In this document: positions 17,353-26,131 of the stretch, piece after piece
How the letters are laid out: each line of letters opens with the position of its first letter
How positions within the stretch are numbered: the first letter of the stretch is position 1
Notes under the pieces: generated by a model
Told to the model about the DNA's origin: nothing
Seen by the model: only the letters and a program-made list of their open reading frames with translations
Database searches by the model: none
Source: an uncultured delta proteobacterium
GTDB taxonomy: Bacteria > Myxococcota > UBA727 > VGSZ01
NCBI GenBank assembly: GCA_963775425.1
Contig: CAVZJB010000009.1
Location: 80,616 to 144,615, forward strand
DNA: 64,000 bases
Direction of reading: 5' to 3'
Program-made: the position numbers and the translations under genes

Positions 17353-18495
17353 CTACTGGCGGACGATCTCGGAGTCGAAGCGCGGCTGCAGTTGGTAGCG
17401 GATCACGCCGTTCACGGTGAACTCGGAGAGCACGCCCGTGATGGTGGCGAACGAATCGAGCGCCGAGACCGCCGGGTCCGAGGTCATCAGGAAGTTGCTC
17501 ACGAACAGCGTGTCGCCGGCGAAGTCGTCGATGGTGAAGTCGCCGTTCACCGACGGCTCGGACGCCTCGACGTTTTCGACGGTGACGAGCACGCCCTCGA
17601 ACGTCTCCGCGAGCACGCCGGGCTGAAGCTCCGCCACGGTGTGCACGTCGGCGAGCGGGTCCGAGCCGCACCCGGTGTCGACGTGGAATTCGCTGAGGTT
17701 GGCGAGCTGCGTCTGGCCGTTGAACTCACCGACCTTGCCCGTGAGCGTCACGCAACTGCCCACGGAGACGGTGGCGACATCGGGAAACTGCGATGCGATC
17801 GACGCCGGGACGAACACGCTGACGCCGGCGAATTCGGGGTAGGCGTGGCCGCCGCTGGTGACGCCCTGCGCTTCCTGCACGAACAGCGAGCGGTTCTGGT
17901 TGGCGCTCACCTCGGTGCCCGTCACGACCACCCGCGCGATGCGCACGCTGGCCTGCTGCGACACCGTGCCGTCCTCGATGTCCTGGATGTGCACCTGGCC
18001 GGCGTCGCACGCGGGGTCGCCGGCGCAGCCGCCGTCGGCGCAGTCGATGCGGCCGTCGCCGTCGTCATCGACGCCGTTGGCGCAATTCTCGGCGCAGTGG
18101 GAGTCGAGATCGCAGGCGAAGTCGCGGCAGTCGGCGAAGCCGTTGCCGTCGTTGTCGACGCCGTCGTTGCAGATCTCGGCGCTCTCGCCTTCGCCTTCAC
18201 CTTCGCCTTCGCCTTCGCCTTCGCCTTCACCTTCGCCCTCGCCGCCGGCGCGGACGCAGCTCCCGTCGTCGGAGCAGGTCTCGCCGTTCGCGCAGTCGCC
18301 GTCGCGCTCGCACTCGACGCAAACGCCGCCGGAGCAGGTCTCGGCGCCGTGGCAGTCGCTGTCGACGACGCACTCGTCGGCCGGCGGGCAAGCGCCGAGC
18401 GCCAGCGCTCCGGCGAGGAGCGCCAACGCGCCCGCGGCGGACAAGGCGGTGCGTCGCGCGGGCACCCAGGCGGTGAGCGGGGATGTCTGGCTCAT
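17353..18495 (-). CDS. Lipoprotein with Myxococcus-type Cys-rich repeats, a (GE)n linker and putative metal-binding CxDxxDxDGNG-type motifs
   Basis: The lipobox is LALGAC. The Cys-rich repeats are CVVDSDCHGAETCSGGVCVEC and ERDGDCANGETCSDDGSC. The linker is (GE)11. The metal-binding-type motifs are CNDGVDNDGNGFADCRD and DDDGDGRIDCAD. Its ATGA start overlaps the DUF2058 stop. Confidence 0.65.
   Translation of the reverse strand: MSQTSPLTAWVPARRTALSAAGALALLAGALALGACPPADECVVDSDCHGAETCSGGVCVECERDGDCANGETCSDDGSCVRAGGEGEGEGEGEGEGEGEGEGESAEICNDGVDNDGNGFADCRDFACDLDSHCAENCANGVDDDGDGRIDCADGGCAGDPACDAGQVHIQDIEDGTVSQQASVRIARVVVTGTEVSANQNRSLFVQEAQGVTSGGHAYPEFAGVSVFVPASIASQFPDVATVSVGSCVTLTGKVGEFNGQTQLANLSEFHVDTGCGSDPLADVHTVAELQPGVLAETFEGVLVTVENVEASEPSVNGDFTIDDFAGDTLFVSNFLMTSDPAVSALDSFATITGVLSEFTVNGVIRYQLQPRFDSEIVRQ
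18184..18240 (-). repeat. Hexanucleotide tandem repeat (GGCGAA/GGTGAA on the minus strand) encoding (GE)n
   Basis: The plus strand reads ttcgccttcaccttcgccttcgccttcgccttcgccttcaccttcgcc. Confidence 0.9.
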
Positions 18496-19124
18496 GTGCC
18501 CTCCTTGTCGCCCGCTGCGGGCGCCGCGTCCACCGGCGGCGCGGGGCTGTCGTCGTCGGCGGGGCTGTCGGCGGCGGGGCTGGCGGGGGCGGGGCTGTCG
18601 GGGGCGGGGCCGTCGGGGGCGGGGCCGTCGGGGGCGGGGCCGTCGGGGGCGGGGCTGTCGTCGGCGGGCGTGACGCCGGCCAGGAAGCGCAGCCACTCGG
18701 CCCTCACGTGGGCGATGTCGCGGGCCAGATCCACGGGAACGACGGCGTGCTCGAGGCCGTTGTGCCCCATGAACGCGATGATCCCCGCCTCGCCCGCCGA
18801 GAGCTTCTGCTGCACCTCGGGCTCGAGCGTGACGTGGCCGATGGCGCCGTCGCCCTTGTCGAAGTGGAAGCGACCGGCGTTCTCCGACGGCACCGCGGTC
18901 TTGTTGTCGAGCCGGTGGCGCACCACCCAACCGCGGATGACGTCGTACTGCTCGCTCTTGCCGGCCGCCCTCAGCTCGTCGAGCCGCTTGCGCCAACCGG
19001 CTCCCGCGTCCTCGGCGGCGCCCTTCCTCTTCTTGCCGCGGGAGGCCTGCTCCTCCTCCACCTTCTTGACCTGCTCCTCGGTGACCAGGCCGGCCTTGAG
19101 GAGCTTTGCCTTCAAGTCGAGCAC
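18492..19124 (-). CDS. DUF2058 family protein with a C-terminal (PAPDG)n repeat
   Basis: MLDLKAKLLKAGLVTEEQVKK… is the DUF2058 N-terminal signature. The C-terminal SPAPDGPAPDGPAPDGPAPDSPAP is encoded by a 15-bp tandem repeat. Confidence 0.6.
   Translation of the reverse strand: MLDLKAKLLKAGLVTEEQVKKVEEEQASRGKKRKGAAEDAGAGWRKRLDELRAAGKSEQYDVIRGWVVRHRLDNKTAVPSENAGRFHFDKGDGAIGHVTLEPEVQQKLSAGEAGIIAFMGHNGLEHAVVPVDLARDIAHVRAEWLRFLAGVTPADDSPAPDGPAPDGPAPDGPAPDSPAPASPAADSPADDDSPAPPVDAAPAAGDKEGT
18543..18668. repeat. 15-bp tandem repeat (gggggcggggc[ct]gtc) of about 6–8 units
   Basis: Visible in the sequence. It encodes the Pro/Ala/Asp-rich tail of the DUF2058 protein. Confidence 0.85.
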
Positions 19125-19125
19125 G

Positions 19126-19476
19126 TCACGGCCTCCCGATGCTCTCGGGGGGACCCCAGCGCTCGGCCTCCTCGGGGTCGAGGCGGCGCAGCATGTCCCA
19201 GCGGTAGATCCCGGTGTTGTGCGCGTCGGCGAACTTGAAATTCACCGCGTAGCGCCCGACCAGCTCCACGTCGAAGATGGCGGCGACGTTGTTGTCGATG
19301 TGCTTGAGCCCGCCCACCTCGTGTCCTTGACAGAGCGCACAGGGGCAGTAGCCGCGCAGACGCTGAACGGGGTAGACGCTCGTATGGCCGTCCCCCCACT
19401 TGACGACGACGCGCGACTTCTCGTTTTCGACCTTCACGTCGAGGGGGATGATCTCTTTTCCCGTGGGGACTGGCAT
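19126..19476 (-). CDS. DUF971 family protein (gamma-butyrobetaine hydroxylase-like N-terminal domain)
   Basis: PLDVKVENEKSRVVVKWGDGHTSVYPVQRLRGYCPCALC matches the DUF971 consensus. Confidence 0.6.
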   Translation of the reverse strand: MPVPTGKEIIPLDVKVENEKSRVVVKWGDGHTSVYPVQRLRGYCPCALCQGHEVGGLKHIDNNVAAIFDVELVGRYAVNFKFADAHNTGIYRWDMLRRLDPEEAERWGPPESIGRP

Positions 19477-19511
19477 CGCGCCCCTTGTCGTACGCCGGCG
19501 CGGGCGGCGCA

Positions 19512-20528
19512 ATGACTGCCCCCACGCCGGCCCCCGCCCCCACGCCGGCCCCCGCCCCCACGCCGGCCCCCGCCCCCGTCACCTCCGGCGTCGCCGCCGT
19601 CTCGTCCCGCGGCCTGAAGAAGTCGTTCGGCAGCGTCCAGGCCGTCGCCGGCATCGACCTCGACGTCCCCGCCGGCGCCTGCTTCGGCCTCATCGGCGAA
19701 AACGGGGCCGGCAAGACCACGTTCATCAAGATGCTCCTCGGCATCACGCGCCCCGACGACGGCGACATCGCCGTGCTCGGCGGCTCCCCCGACGACGTCG
19801 CCGTGCGCAAGCACATCGGCTACCTCCCGGAGCGCCTGCACATCCCCGAGGCGTTCTCGCCGCTGCGCTTCCTGGCGAGCGTCGGGCGCATGAAGGGGCT
19901 GCTGCCCGCCGAGATCCCCGTCGAGAGCGAGCGCGTGCTCGAGCAAGTCAAGCTCGATCGCGCCGCGTGGAAGCGAAAGACCGGCGGCTTCTCCAAGGGC
20001 ATGAAGCAGCGCACCGGCCTCGCCGCCTCCCTCGTCGGCAGGCCGCGGCTGCTCGTGCTCGACGAGCCCACCGACGGCATCGACCCGCTCGGCCGCGCAC
20101 AGATCCGGGACGTCATCGTCGACGCCGTCCACGCCGGGGCCACGGTGTTTTTGAACAGCCACCTGCTCGCGGAGACCGAGAAGATCTGCGACCACGTCGC
20201 GGTGCTGTCCAAGGGCAGGGTCGTGCAAGCGGGCGCGCTCGACGTCCTCAAGCGCAAGGACGCCTCGCGCGTGCGCTTCCTCAAGGCCGACGACGACGCA
20301 GCCCGCGCCGCCCGCTGCGGCTTCGCGCTGCTCGAGGGCGACGGCGTCGCTCCCGAGCCGCCCGACGCCGAGCAGCGCACCTATCGCTGGACCGGCGGCG
20401 GGCCGCACGAATTGTCCAAGGCCCTCGCCGCCGCCCTCGCCGACGGCCTCGTCGTCGTCGACGTCACGCCCGAGCTCAAGGACCTCGAGACCATCCTGCG
20501 CGAGTCCATCGCGGCGAGGCCGGCATGA
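19512..20528 (+). CDS. ABC transporter ATP-binding protein, ABC-2 type
   Basis: It has Walker A (GENGAGKTT), the Q-loop, the signature motif (FSKGMKQR), Walker B (LLVLDEPT) and the H-loop. The N-terminus carries a (PTPAPA)3 repeat. Confidence 0.9.
   Translation: MTAPTPAPAPTPAPAPTPAPAPVTSGVAAVSSRGLKKSFGSVQAVAGIDLDVPAGACFGLIGENGAGKTTFIKMLLGITRPDDGDIAVLGGSPDDVAVRKHIGYLPERLHIPEAFSPLRFLASVGRMKGLLPAEIPVESERVLEQVKLDRAAWKRKTGGFSKGMKQRTGLAASLVGRPRLLVLDEPTDGIDPLGRAQIRDVIVDAVHAGATVFLNSHLLAETEKICDHVAVLSKGRVVQAGALDVLKRKDASRVRFLKADDDAARAARCGFALLEGDGVAPEPPDAEQRTYRWTGGGPHELSKALAAALADGLVVVDVTPELKDLETILRESIAARPA
19521..19574 (+). repeat. 18-bp tandem repeat ×3 (cccacgccggcccccgcc)
   Basis: Visible in the sequence. 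It encodes PTPAPAPTPAPAPTPAPA at the ABC ATPase N-terminus. Confidence 0.85.
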
Positions 20529-21373
20529 ACCCGCGCAGCGTCATGAACGTCGCGCTCGACGTGCTGCGGGAGGCGGCTGCGTCGAAGTACCTCATCGTGC
20601 TGTTCGGCCTCATCCTGCTCGGCATCATCTCGCTCGCGCTGGCGCTCGACCTCGAGGTGGTGAACGGGGCCATCGCGGCCGGCAAGCTCTTCGGCGGCAG
20701 CATCGTCGGTAAGGGCAAGACGGTGGGAGTGGAGGAGTTCCTCGCGCCCTTCCTCGAGGTCATCGTCTACAACACCTTCGGCTGGGGTCTGTTGTTCCTC
20801 GTCGTCGCCGTCGCCGACATCGCGCCCCGGATGCTGGCGCCCGGCCGCGTGGAGCTCCTGCTCGCGCTGCCGCTTCGCCGCACCGAGCTCGTCCTGGGCA
20901 TCTACCTCGGCGTGATCCTCATCGGCGCGCTCGCCACGTTCACGGCCGTGGGCGGCGGCGCGCTCGTCTTGTTCATCAAGGCCCACTTCTTCACCTTGGC
21001 GCCGCTCATCGGCGCGCTCACGGCGCTCGTCGGCTTCATCACGCTGTACGGCGTGATGCTCGCGGTGGCGTCGGTGGCGCGGTCGGCGGCGCTGTCGGCG
21101 GGGGCCGCGATCTTGATCGGCATCGCCGGCGCGGCGACGTCGAACCGCGCGTCCGTGCTCGGCTTCTTCCGCCACGGCGCCTCGCGCGAGATCGCCTCGG
21201 TGATCATGGGACCGCTGCCGCGGTTGGTGACGCTCGCCAAGGCCGGCGGCGCCGCCGCGGTGCACCACCCCGTGAACTGGGGCGAGACGTCGGCCGTCAT
21301 CGGCGGCTGCGCGGCGTTCGGCCTCTTCTTCGTCGTCGTCGCCTGCATCGTCGTCAGCATGAAGGACTATTGA
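20525..21373 (+). CDS. ABC-2 family transporter permease
   Basis: It has six predicted TM segments. Its ATGA start overlaps the ATPase stop. Confidence 0.7.
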   Translation: MNPRSVMNVALDVLREAAASKYLIVLFGLILLGIISLALALDLEVVNGAIAAGKLFGGSIVGKGKTVGVEEFLAPFLEVIVYNTFGWGLLFLVVAVADIAPRMLAPGRVELLLALPLRRTELVLGIYLGVILIGALATFTAVGGGALVLFIKAHFFTLAPLIGALTALVGFITLYGVMLAVASVARSAALSAGAAILIGIAGAATSNRASVLGFFRHGASREIASVIMGPLPRLVTLAKAGGAAAVHHPVNWGETSAVIGGCAAFGLFFVVVACIVVSMKDY

Positions 21374-21402
21374 ACGCGGCCGCTCCCCCCGGTCGCCCCC
21401 AG

Positions 21403-22545
21403 ATGGAGCGCAAGATGTCCAGGCGCAACAGTGTCGTCGCCCTCGCCGTCGCCGCAGTGGTCCTGCTGGTGCTCGCCTTCATCTTGTCGCGCAGCTCCGC
21501 CGACGCTTCGTCGTCGCCGGACGCCGGGCCGTCGTCGTCGGCGCCCGCCAGGAGCGCGCGCAAGGCGCCGCTCGTGTTCCCCCGCGACCGCGCCCGGCTC
21601 GCGGCGGCCACGCACACGGCGCCCGCGCAGCCGACGCCCGACGACAAGCCGCGGCTCGACGCCATGCAACGCGCGCTGTTCGGTCCCGGGAACAAGGGCG
21701 CCATCTTCGTCGAGGCCAACGCCATCCGCCACGCGCCGCTCATGGAGAAGATCCTGCGCTGCCGCCAGGCCGACAGCGCCGACGGCCTCGCCCGCATGAA
21801 GGCCGAGCTCGGCATCGACCCGATGGAGGACATCGACCGCGTCGGCTTCGACGGCGACGTCTTCGTCGCCAGCGGCTTCTTCGACAAGCTCAAGCTGCCG
21901 CCGGAGATCGGCGACGGCGACGCCTACGGTGACGGCGGCCGGCTGTGGCAGGTGAAGGACGACAAGGGCAAGGACATGTGGTTCGGCGAGGTGGGTGACG
22001 GCATGCTGCTCACCGCCAGCGACGAGGCCCTCTTGAAGTCCGCCATGGATCGCGCCGAGGGCCGCGGCGCCGTCGCGGTCAGCGGCCTGCCGGCCGGCTT
22101 CGGCGAGGGCGAGGTCTACGGCACGGTCGGCGCCGCGTTCCTCAAGTCGGTGCTCGGCGGCAGCCAGGACCCCGTGGCGCAGACCATCGCGACCATGGTG
22201 ACGTCGTCGACGGTGCGCATGAACCTCGACGAGGACGCCGCGCTCTCTTTGGACCTGCAGGCCGTCGACGAGAAGTCCGGCGACGACCTCGCCAAGGCGG
22301 TGGGCGGCGTGCTCGCCGGGCTTCACGCCAAGGCGCAGCAGCAAGGCGACGCCGAGCTGGCGCAACTGCTCGAGCAGGCGCGCGTGTCGCCGCTGCCCGG
22401 CGGCCGCTTCAACCTCGACGTCGCCGTCCCGGGCGACACGCTCCTGCGCGGCATGGGCTGCGGGCCCGACGGCACCCCGCTCGGCGCGCCCCCCGCTCCG
22501 CCGGCGAGCGCGCCGCCGGCGCCGCCGGCGCCCGCGCCGCAGTGA
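21403..22545 (+). CDS. Hypothetical membrane-anchored periplasmic protein. It is a possible accessory component of the ABC system.
   Basis: It has an N-terminal TM (VVALAVAAVVLLVLAFIL) and a soluble domain. The last 23 residues (GAPPAPPASAPPAPPAPAPQ) form a Pro/Ala-rich tail. Confidence 0.45.
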   Translation: MERKMSRRNSVVALAVAAVVLLVLAFILSRSSADASSSPDAGPSSSAPARSARKAPLVFPRDRARLAAATHTAPAQPTPDDKPRLDAMQRALFGPGNKGAIFVEANAIRHAPLMEKILRCRQADSADGLARMKAELGIDPMEDIDRVGFDGDVFVASGFFDKLKLPPEIGDGDAYGDGGRLWQVKDDKGKDMWFGEVGDGMLLTASDEALLKSAMDRAEGRGAVAVSGLPAGFGEGEVYGTVGAAFLKSVLGGSQDPVAQTIATMVTSSTVRMNLDEDAALSLDLQAVDEKSGDDLAKAVGGVLAGLHAKAQQQGDAELAQLLEQARVSPLPGGRFNLDVAVPGDTLLRGMGCGPDGTPLGAPPAPPASAPPAPPAPAPQ

Positions 22546-22549
22546 GCGC

Positions 22550-23692
22550 TCACCCCTCGGTCTTCTGCGTGGCCGCGATGAGGGTGTCGACGAAGCTCTC
22601 GCTGCAGATGCTGCCGCCCGTGAGCGCGACGTCGTCCTGCAGCTCGAAGTAGCGCGACCCCGCGTCGGCGGTGCAGCACGGCGTGTCGAGCGTGGCGTCG
22701 CAGGGCTCGCCCGGCCCGGTGAAGTTGGAGAGGCCGTGGCTCGGCCGGCACTGGCCCGGCAGGAGCGCGGCGCCCTTGTCGCAGCCGGCGGCGATGAAGC
22801 CGCCGCCCGCCGGGATGGCCCCGGCGATGACGACGACGCTGACGTCGTCGGCGCGGTTCGGGCCCTTCACGGCCGCGAGCCGCTCGGCGTAGCGCCGGAC
22901 GGGCGTGAGCGCGGCGGCGTCGTCGTAGCAGTCGTCGGGACGGTGCTCGGTGACGATGCTCTCGCCGGGACCGCAGGTGGTGAGGGTCTCGTCGGGGAAG
23001 TCGCTGCCGTCATGGCTGCAGTCGTCCTCGTCGGTGACGAACACGACCATCAGTTGGGCCTCGTCGCGCAGGAACAGGTCCCGATCGCCTTCGCAGCCGT
23101 CGGCGACCCAGGAGTCGCCGCCGAGGAAGACGTCGGCGGCGTCGAGGCCGCGCTCGAAGGGGGAGCCGAAGGTCCCGACGTTGTCGAGCAGCTCGCGGAA
23201 CTTGCCGGCGACGTCGACGTCGTCGCGCGCGATGATCTTCTGACCCGTCGAGGGCACCGGCTGGAGGCAGCCGCGCTGCGGGCGGTACCCCCACGCGTCG
23301 TTGTCCGTGGCCTCGGACAGCGCGTTGTCGCACGCGTCGACGTCCGTGGTGATGACGCCGACGCGGAAGTCGCGGTCGTAGGCGGCGAGGATCTGGGAGA
23401 AGCCGCAGACGGTGGAGAGCTCCTCGAGGACGCCGGGCGCGGGATCGAGGAGCGCCTCGGGCACGTGCTCCAGGTCGGTGATCGGGCACTCGGGCTTGTA
23501 GATGGTGCGCGCCAGCGCCGCCTGCTCCTCCGCCATCGACCCCGAGTTGTCGACGACGAACAGGATGTCGATGGGCTTGTCGGCCGGCTCCGTCGACGAC
23601 ACGAGCGGCTGCCCCGGGGCGGAGCCGACGCCGTAGTCGATGACGCAGCCGGCGAGACCTGCCGCTCCGATGGCGAGCCAGAAGACGCGCAT
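22550..23692 (-). CDS. von Willebrand factor A (VWA) domain lipoprotein
   Basis: It has a lipobox (AGLAGC), a MIDAS motif (DILFVVDNSGSM) and an AGGTGA RBS 6 nt upstream of the ATG. Only the C-terminal 380 aa of the 821-aa tool ORF are real. Confidence 0.7.
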   Translation of the reverse strand: MRVFWLAIGAAGLAGCVIDYGVGSAPGQPLVSSTEPADKPIDILFVVDNSGSMAEEQAALARTIYKPECPITDLEHVPEALLDPAPGVLEELSTVCGFSQILAAYDRDFRVGVITTDVDACDNALSEATDNDAWGYRPQRGCLQPVPSTGQKIIARDDVDVAGKFRELLDNVGTFGSPFERGLDAADVFLGGDSWVADGCEGDRDLFLRDEAQLMVVFVTDEDDCSHDGSDFPDETLTTCGPGESIVTEHRPDDCYDDAAALTPVRRYAERLAAVKGPNRADDVSVVVIAGAIPAGGGFIAAGCDKGAALLPGQCRPSHGLSNFTGPGEPCDATLDTPCCTADAGSRYFELQDDVALTGGSICSESFVDTLIAATQKTEG

Positions 23693-23718
23693 AGGTGACC
23701 TCCGGCCGGGGTTTGGGC

Positions 23719-24438
23719 TCACGGCGCGGATCCGTCTCGCGCTCCGTCGTCGACGGCCGCGCGCACCATCTGCAGGAAGAGGCTCGTGGGGTACTCCCGC
23801 GTGAACGCGCCCGCCGCCGCGCGGGCGCGCTCGGTGTCGCCGCGCTGCGCGAACGCCACCACGGTGAGCGCGCGCCGCTCCTCGACGAGGGTGCCGTGCG
23901 GGAACGCGCGCGCGTGCGCCTGCAGGCGCTTGAGCGCGAGGTCGGCGTCGCCGATGGCGAGCGCCTCGCGCGCGCCCTCGATGATCTTGCCCTCGGAGGG
24001 GGCCTCGCCCCTCGACGCCGCGGGGCGCGACTCCGCGGGGGACGCGCGGTCGTCGACGGCGGCGGGCGCGACGGCGTCGTCGAGCGCGGGCGCGACGCCG
24101 GCGGGCGCATGCGGGACCCCGGGCGCGGCGGGCGCGGGGGCGGCGCGCGGGGCGACGGTCGCGGGCGCGGTGGCCGCGTCGACGGCGGCGGGCGCGCGCG
24201 CCCGGGAGGCCGCGACGACGACGCCGGTGCCGACGACGGCGACGGCGACGACGGCGGCGACCACCTTGGCGGCGCCGGCGCCGAACGCGAGGCCGCCGGC
24301 GGCGGCGGGGACGGCGACGCTGGCGGTGACCTTGGCGAGCACGGCGGCCTCGACGCCCGGCGGCGGCGGCGGCGCGCCCGCCTGCGCCTTGTGCAGGAGC
24401 GCCTGGAGGTCGTCGGGGAGGGGCGGCAGATCGTTCAT
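23719..24438 (-). CDS. Anti-sigma factor with one transmembrane segment and a periplasmic TPR-like domain
   Basis: It lies immediately downstream of the ECF sigma gene with an ATGA overlap. It has an N-terminal cytoplasmic segment, a TM (VVAAVVAVAVVGTGVVVAA) and a Pro/Ala-rich linker. Confidence 0.55.
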   Translation of the reverse strand: MNDLPPLPDDLQALLHKAQAGAPPPPPGVEAAVLAKVTASVAVPAAAGGLAFGAGAAKVVAAVVAVAVVGTGVVVAASRARAPAAVDAATAPATVAPRAAPAPAAPGVPHAPAGVAPALDDAVAPAAVDDRASPAESRPAASRGEAPSEGKIIEGAREALAIGDADLALKRLQAHARAFPHGTLVEERRALTVVAFAQRGDTERARAAAGAFTREYPTSLFLQMVRAAVDDGARDGSAP

Positions 24439-25058
24439 GTCGTGCTCGAGCGGCGCCCGGGCGCACGGCGGACGGCGGCCACGAAGGCTTCGCGCGCCAG
24501 GCGCAGGCGGGAGTAGAGGGTGTTGAGCGGCGCGTCGACGACGCGGGCGATCTCGGGCATCGACAAGCCCTCGAGCTCGTGCAGCACGAACACCGCGCGC
24601 TTGTCGAGGTCGAGCCCGTCGAGCGCACGCATGACCTCCTCGTGCGCCTCGCGCGCCTCGACGACGTCGTCGGCGGGGCGGTCGCGGGCGGGCACGCGGT
24701 CGCCGGCGCCCTCCACCAGGGACTCGCGGAAGCTCGAGGCCTTGCGCTTCTTGTCGAGCGCCACGCGAAAGCAGATGCCGAACAGCCAGGGCTTGGCGGG
24801 CCGCGCGGGGTCGTAGTCGCCGAGCTTTCGGTGCACGACGACGAACACGTCGTGGGCCAGGTCCGGCAGGTCCGCGTCCGGGATGCCGAGCCGGCGCAGC
24901 GAGCGCCACACGTACCCGAAGTGCTCCTGGTACAGCGCCGTGAACGAGGCCGCCGCGCGCACGTGCGCCGCGTCCGTCGGCGGCGGCAGCGGCAGAGGCT
25001 CGGTGATGGCGGCACCGTCCACCGCGGGGGTTTGGGGCAGGGCGCCGGTCTCCGTCAC
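24435..25058 (-). CDS. ECF-subfamily RNA polymerase sigma-70 factor
   Basis: It has region 2 (ALYQEHFGYVWRSLRRLG…DLAHDVFVVVH) and region 4 (DKRAVFVLHELEGLSMPEIARVVDAPLNTLYSRLRLAR). Confidence 0.85.
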   Translation of the reverse strand: MTETGALPQTPAVDGAAITEPLPLPPPTDAAHVRAAASFTALYQEHFGYVWRSLRRLGIPDADLPDLAHDVFVVVHRKLGDYDPARPAKPWLFGICFRVALDKKRKASSFRESLVEGAGDRVPARDRPADDVVEAREAHEEVMRALDGLDLDKRAVFVLHELEGLSMPEIARVVDAPLNTLYSRLRLAREAFVAAVRRAPGRRSSTT

Positions 25059-26131
25059 CGGATCTGCACCTCGGCGCCGATCCCCAGATCCCAGCCGACG
25101 AGCGCGGGCTCCGCGTACACCTCATGCGACACGTCGTCGATCAGGCGAGGCCGGATGAGCGGCGACAGGAGGTCGCCCTGCACCACCAGGCCAAGCTCCG
25201 GCCAGATGTGCATGTCGACGGCTCCGCGGGCGCCCACGGCCACCCAGGGCGCCGTCACGGCGCGGCTGTTGTCGAGGCCGATGCCGCGCGCGTTCAGGGC
25301 GCCGGCCTCGATGTCGCCGCAGCCGCGCAGCCCGACGAAGGCGTCGGGGTCCCACTCGAGACAGGCCGAGCCGTCGAGCGCGAGGAGCGCGACGTCGAGG
25401 AGCGCCCCGTTGCCCACCGGGTAGCGCGAGGGGAGGTCGAAGCGGACGCCCGCGTCCACGTCGACCACGCCGTAGCCGAACGAGGCCTGCCCGCGCAGCG
25501 ACGGCGTGGCGATGACGCCCACGCCCGACGCCACGAGGAGCAGCGCGCGCCCCGACACCGACGCCGGCGCGGGGACGCCGGAGCCTGCGTCCGCCGCCGC
25601 CGGGGGCAGGCTCGCGCTCGCGCTCGCGTCTGCGGCGTCCGTCGCCGTCGGCGCGTCGACGGGCGCGGCGAACGTCAGACGCGCGGCGTCGGCAGCGTCG
25701 GCGCCACCGTCGGCGGGGCTCGCGCGCGCGTGCGTGGGCGGACGCCGGGGAGGAGCAGGGGGCCGGCGGCGCACGAGGAGGAGGGGATCGATGGCGATGG
25801 CGACGGCGAGGACGAGGTCGTCGGCGAGGGAGCGGCAGTCGGCATCGCCGTGGAGCACGCGCAAGCCGAGCCGGGTGCCGCTCGGCGAAAACAGGACGAT
25901 GCGCGCGACGAGCTCGTCGCCGTCGCCGTCGCGGGCGACGCCGACGCGCACCTCGCGGGCGTCGTCGGCTTCGCGGAACGGCTCGCTGCCGATCCGGGCG
26001 CGCACGCGCGCGGCGAGCGCGGCGTCGGCGGGGCAGCGTTCGGCGCCGTCGCCGCGGACGATGCGCAGGCGGACGCGGTCTTCGTCGGCGAGGCCGGCGA
26101 CGTGGACGGCGAGGACCACGCCGAGGATCAC
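25055..26131 (-). CDS. Hypothetical secreted protein with a GTG start
   Basis: It has a GGAAACGAGGG RBS, a GTG start, a signal-peptide-like N-terminus and high GC3. It is translationally coupled on both sides. Confidence 0.45.
   Translation of the reverse strand: MILGVVLAVHVAGLADEDRVRLRIVRGDGAERCPADAALAARVRARIGSEPFREADDAREVRVGVARDGDGDELVARIVLFSPSGTRLGLRVLHGDADCRSLADDLVLAVAIAIDPLLLVRRRPPAPPRRPPTHARASPADGGADAADAARLTFAAPVDAPTATDAADASASASLPPAAADAGSGVPAPASVSGRALLLVASGVGVIATPSLRGQASFGYGVVDVDAGVRFDLPSRYPVGNGALLDVALLALDGSACLEWDPDAFVGLRGCGDIEAGALNARGIGLDNSRAVTAPWVAVGARGAVDMHIWPELGLVVQGDLLSPLIRPRLIDDVSHEVYAEPALVGWDLGIGAEVQIR

Noticed and set aside
22550-25015. N-terminal ~440 aa of the 821-aa minus-strand ORF
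   Set aside because: The Arg/Ser/Thr/Cys-rich stretch is an off-frame read-through across the ECF sigma and anti-sigma genes. Only the C-terminal VWA lipoprotein (22550..23692) is real.
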